64,000 nucleotides of DNA, from positions 8,512,001-8,576,000 of the forward strand of contig OY762007.1 of the NCBI GenBank assembly GCA_963665115.1, given 5' to 3'. The position numbers and the translations under genes are program-made. Below are positions 61,876 through 64,000 of the stretch, piece after piece. Position 1 is the stretch's first letter. Each line of letters opens with the position of its first letter. This DNA comes from an uncultured Rivularia sp. (GTDB lineage Bacteria > Cyanobacteriota > Cyanobacteriia > Cyanobacteriales > Nostocaceae). The notes beneath the pieces were generated by a model. The model saw only the letters and a program-made list of their open reading frames with translations. It was not told the origin of the DNA and did no database searches.

Positions 61876-61894
61876 TACTTACTAAAGTAAAGTA
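61876..61894. promoter_or_regulatory. Candidate HxlR-family operator TACT-N11-AGTA
   Basis: TACT tactaaagtaa AGTA between divergent azoR and the HxlR-type gene. Confidence 0.5.
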
Positions 61895-61918
61895 GCTACT
61901 AAATAGTAACTAAGTATC

Positions 61919-62272
61919 TTGAATAAACGTAAATTACATACAGCAGAGCCTAAATGCAATCCACTGGCTAAACTGCTCAGTCAGCTATCAGGACAATGGA
62001 CGCTTTATATTTTGTGTATTTTGGATGCAAATGGTTTCCTACGCTTTGGTGAATTGAGATCCAAAGTTGAGGGAATTTCAACTAAAGTTTTAACAGAACG
62101 ATTGAGGATGTTAGAAGCAGCAGGAATGATTAATCGCTACCATGAGCCGACAATTCCTCCTAAAGTTACCTATAGTTTGACCAATCGTGGAAAAGAACTA
62201 TCTGAACCACTGGAGCATTTATGCGAACTTGCTTCGCGGTGGTATGGCACTGAAGAAGAAACACTTGATTAA
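61919..62272 (+). CDS. HxlR-family winged-helix regulator
   Basis: N-terminal Cys, WTLYIL, LRFGEL, KVLTERLR, PPKVTYSLT. Confidence 0.92.
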   Translation: MNKRKLHTAEPKCNPLAKLLSQLSGQWTLYILCILDANGFLRFGELRSKVEGISTKVLTERLRMLEAAGMINRYHEPTIPPKVTYSLTNRGKELSEPLEHLCELASRWYGTEEETLD

Positions 62273-62284
62273 TCCTACTGTACG

Positions 62285-63637
62285 TTAACTAGATTCTTGC
62301 TTGCTCTGCATTCCGGGAATTTGTACCCCAAGAGCCACCATTAACACTGCCATATAAGATGTCAGCGATAACCACAGTAAATGATTGTTTTGCAAATACC
62401 AACCTATAGCAGCTACTGGAGCGAATCCCAATCCTAAAGCAATCAAAGCAGAATTACGCAGTTTGACTCCTTGTTTTAATCCCACTGTATAGCCTTCAAA
62501 CATGAAAGCAACAGCACCACAAGTTAAAAGCGGTAGCAACCAATCTCTATAACGAATAACCGATTGACTGATATCTGTATGACTGGTTAATAAACCAAAA
62601 ATCGTTTGCGGAAATAAAATCGATACCGAAGCAAATATAGATGCAATCATCACTCCCGTGAATATAGAAACCTGCAACAACGGTATCATCTGCTCGGTTT
62701 CCCCTTTACCTTTGAAATTACCTATCAAAGATTGAGTAGTTAAACCAATGCCGTTAACCGTAAACTGACTTAACATCACAATTTGCAGCAGCAATCCGTT
62801 TTCTGCAATTACTTCATTTCCCATCGCTGCGCTGAGATTTGTAAAAATAGAATAAGCAGTAATCATAGCTAGATAACGAATCAAAATATTGCTTTTGAGT
62901 ACCACACTAGCTTTCAGAGCTTGCCAATCAAATATATCTTTGAGAGTAACGGGTAATGCTTTCCTTCGTAAACTAAAATAGATTCCAATTAGCGCCACCG
63001 ACAAAGCTAAATAGTGACTCAAAGAGGTAGCTAATCCTGCTCCCGTACTTCCCCAACCCCATCTAGTAATCGTTAAATAATCCAAAACCACATTCGAGCC
63101 ATTACCCACAAAAGAAATTAGCAGCACCAAAACGTTCATTTCCCTTCCTAGAAACCAACCAATCAGCACAAAATTGAGTAAAACCGCAGGTGCAGCCCAA
63201 ATGCGAGCATTGAAATAATCGATTCCGAAAAATTCAACATCAGGAGAGCCAGACAGAATCGCAAAACCAAATTTTTGGATGGGGTATTGCAGAATTAAGA
63301 TGAAAAAGGCGATCGCTAAAGCAATTAAACCACTCCGCAACAAAGCCAAAACTATCCCTTTCTCATCATTTTCTCCCACAGCTTGAGCAGTAATAGCATT
63401 AGTACTGTTTCTGAAAAACTTCAAAATTCTGTAGAGATAATCAAACAAAATGCTAGCTAAAATTACCCCTGCCAAATAACGAATATCAGCTAAATGTCCG
63501 AGAAAAGCAGTATCAACTATTCCAGATAAAGGCACCATCATATTCGAGATAATACTTACAGATGCCAATCGGTAGAAACGAGGTAAAAAGCTGCTGTAGC
63601 GAGATGGAAGCGTGAATAATAAATTTGATGAACCCAT
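62285..63637 (-). CDS. MATE family efflux transporter (DinF-like)
   Basis: PLSGIVDTAFLGHL, ~12 TM. Confidence 0.9.
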   Translation of the reverse strand: MGSSNLLFTLPSRYSSFLPRFYRLASVSIISNMMVPLSGIVDTAFLGHLADIRYLAGVILASILFDYLYRILKFFRNSTNAITAQAVGENDEKGIVLALLRSGLIALAIAFFILILQYPIQKFGFAILSGSPDVEFFGIDYFNARIWAAPAVLLNFVLIGWFLGREMNVLVLLISFVGNGSNVVLDYLTITRWGWGSTGAGLATSLSHYLALSVALIGIYFSLRRKALPVTLKDIFDWQALKASVVLKSNILIRYLAMITAYSIFTNLSAAMGNEVIAENGLLLQIVMLSQFTVNGIGLTTQSLIGNFKGKGETEQMIPLLQVSIFTGVMIASIFASVSILFPQTIFGLLTSHTDISQSVIRYRDWLLPLLTCGAVAFMFEGYTVGLKQGVKLRNSALIALGLGFAPVAAIGWYLQNNHLLWLSLTSYMAVLMVALGVQIPGMQSKQESS

Positions 63638-63907
63638 AGAAAAGGTATTTTTTGTTGTTAGCTTTGAACGATGATGGGATACATTTTTTGCAGAAGCTCA
63701 AAGCAATAAACGTCTACTTCAATTAATCTACGCTGAATCGAAATAGATAAAAGTAATAAATTGGGCACAAACACAAATGAAAATAGAAATTCCCCCATCC
63801 AAATTTCAGATCGGGGATTTTAAGTCGCGCTGTCCGCTTCGCAACAATGCTAGCTGTGTTCCAGCGCATGATAATATATAATCTCAATCATAAATTGTCT
63901 TTGCTTT

Positions 63908-64000
63908 TTAAACTTGGGCAGGTACAGCCCCACTCCAGCTATTATTTTGGAGATATTTTTCTAACGTCATTAAGTCAGGATACTCTTCCCGTCTGGCTGC
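63908..64000 (-). CDS. 3' end of a gene starting beyond the window
   Basis: Open frame AARREEYPDLMTLEKYLQNNSWSGAVPAQV*, hairpin at ~63788-63820 downstream. Confidence 0.45.
   Translation of the reverse strand, partial: AARREEYPDLMTLEKYLQNNSWSGAVPAQV

Overview
AT-rich chromosomal window from a filamentous, probably heterocystous (Nostocales, Rivularia/Calothrix-like) cyanobacterium. This is supported by ycf3, a CAB-domain hemH, many HIP1 (GCGATCGC) octamers, heptameric STRR runs and palindromic small dispersed repeats (SDRs). Core genes (gatC, ycf3, hemH, purB, two msrB) are mixed with accessory genes. The most notable structures are: (i) a tandem, mosaic array of five ComJ-like ~210-aa paralogues behind an orphan 3' gene fragment, with repeated leaders carrying a hairpin with a compensatory base change, resembling a polymorphic-toxin immunity array; (ii) two tandem ~350-bp non-coding units after hemH that look like duplicated sRNA genes; (iii) purB bracketed by a long inverted repeat; (iv) a split HtrA-like pair (PDZ-bearing pseudo-protease plus PDZ-less protease) with a NarL regulator; (v) a lipoxygenase-like protein with altered iron ligands; (vi) a VOC-GST fusion; and (vii) extensive gene decay. 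The decay includes homopolymer frameshifts in mlaE, an Rpn-like gene, glnN and GH15, and deletion remnants of Fic, sat/SLC13, VapC, CHAT, Hsp20, an OmpR regulator, a hydrolase and IS elements, several ending at SDR palindromes. No rRNA, tRNA or CRISPR array was seen. All family assignments come from motif recognition by eye, not database searches.
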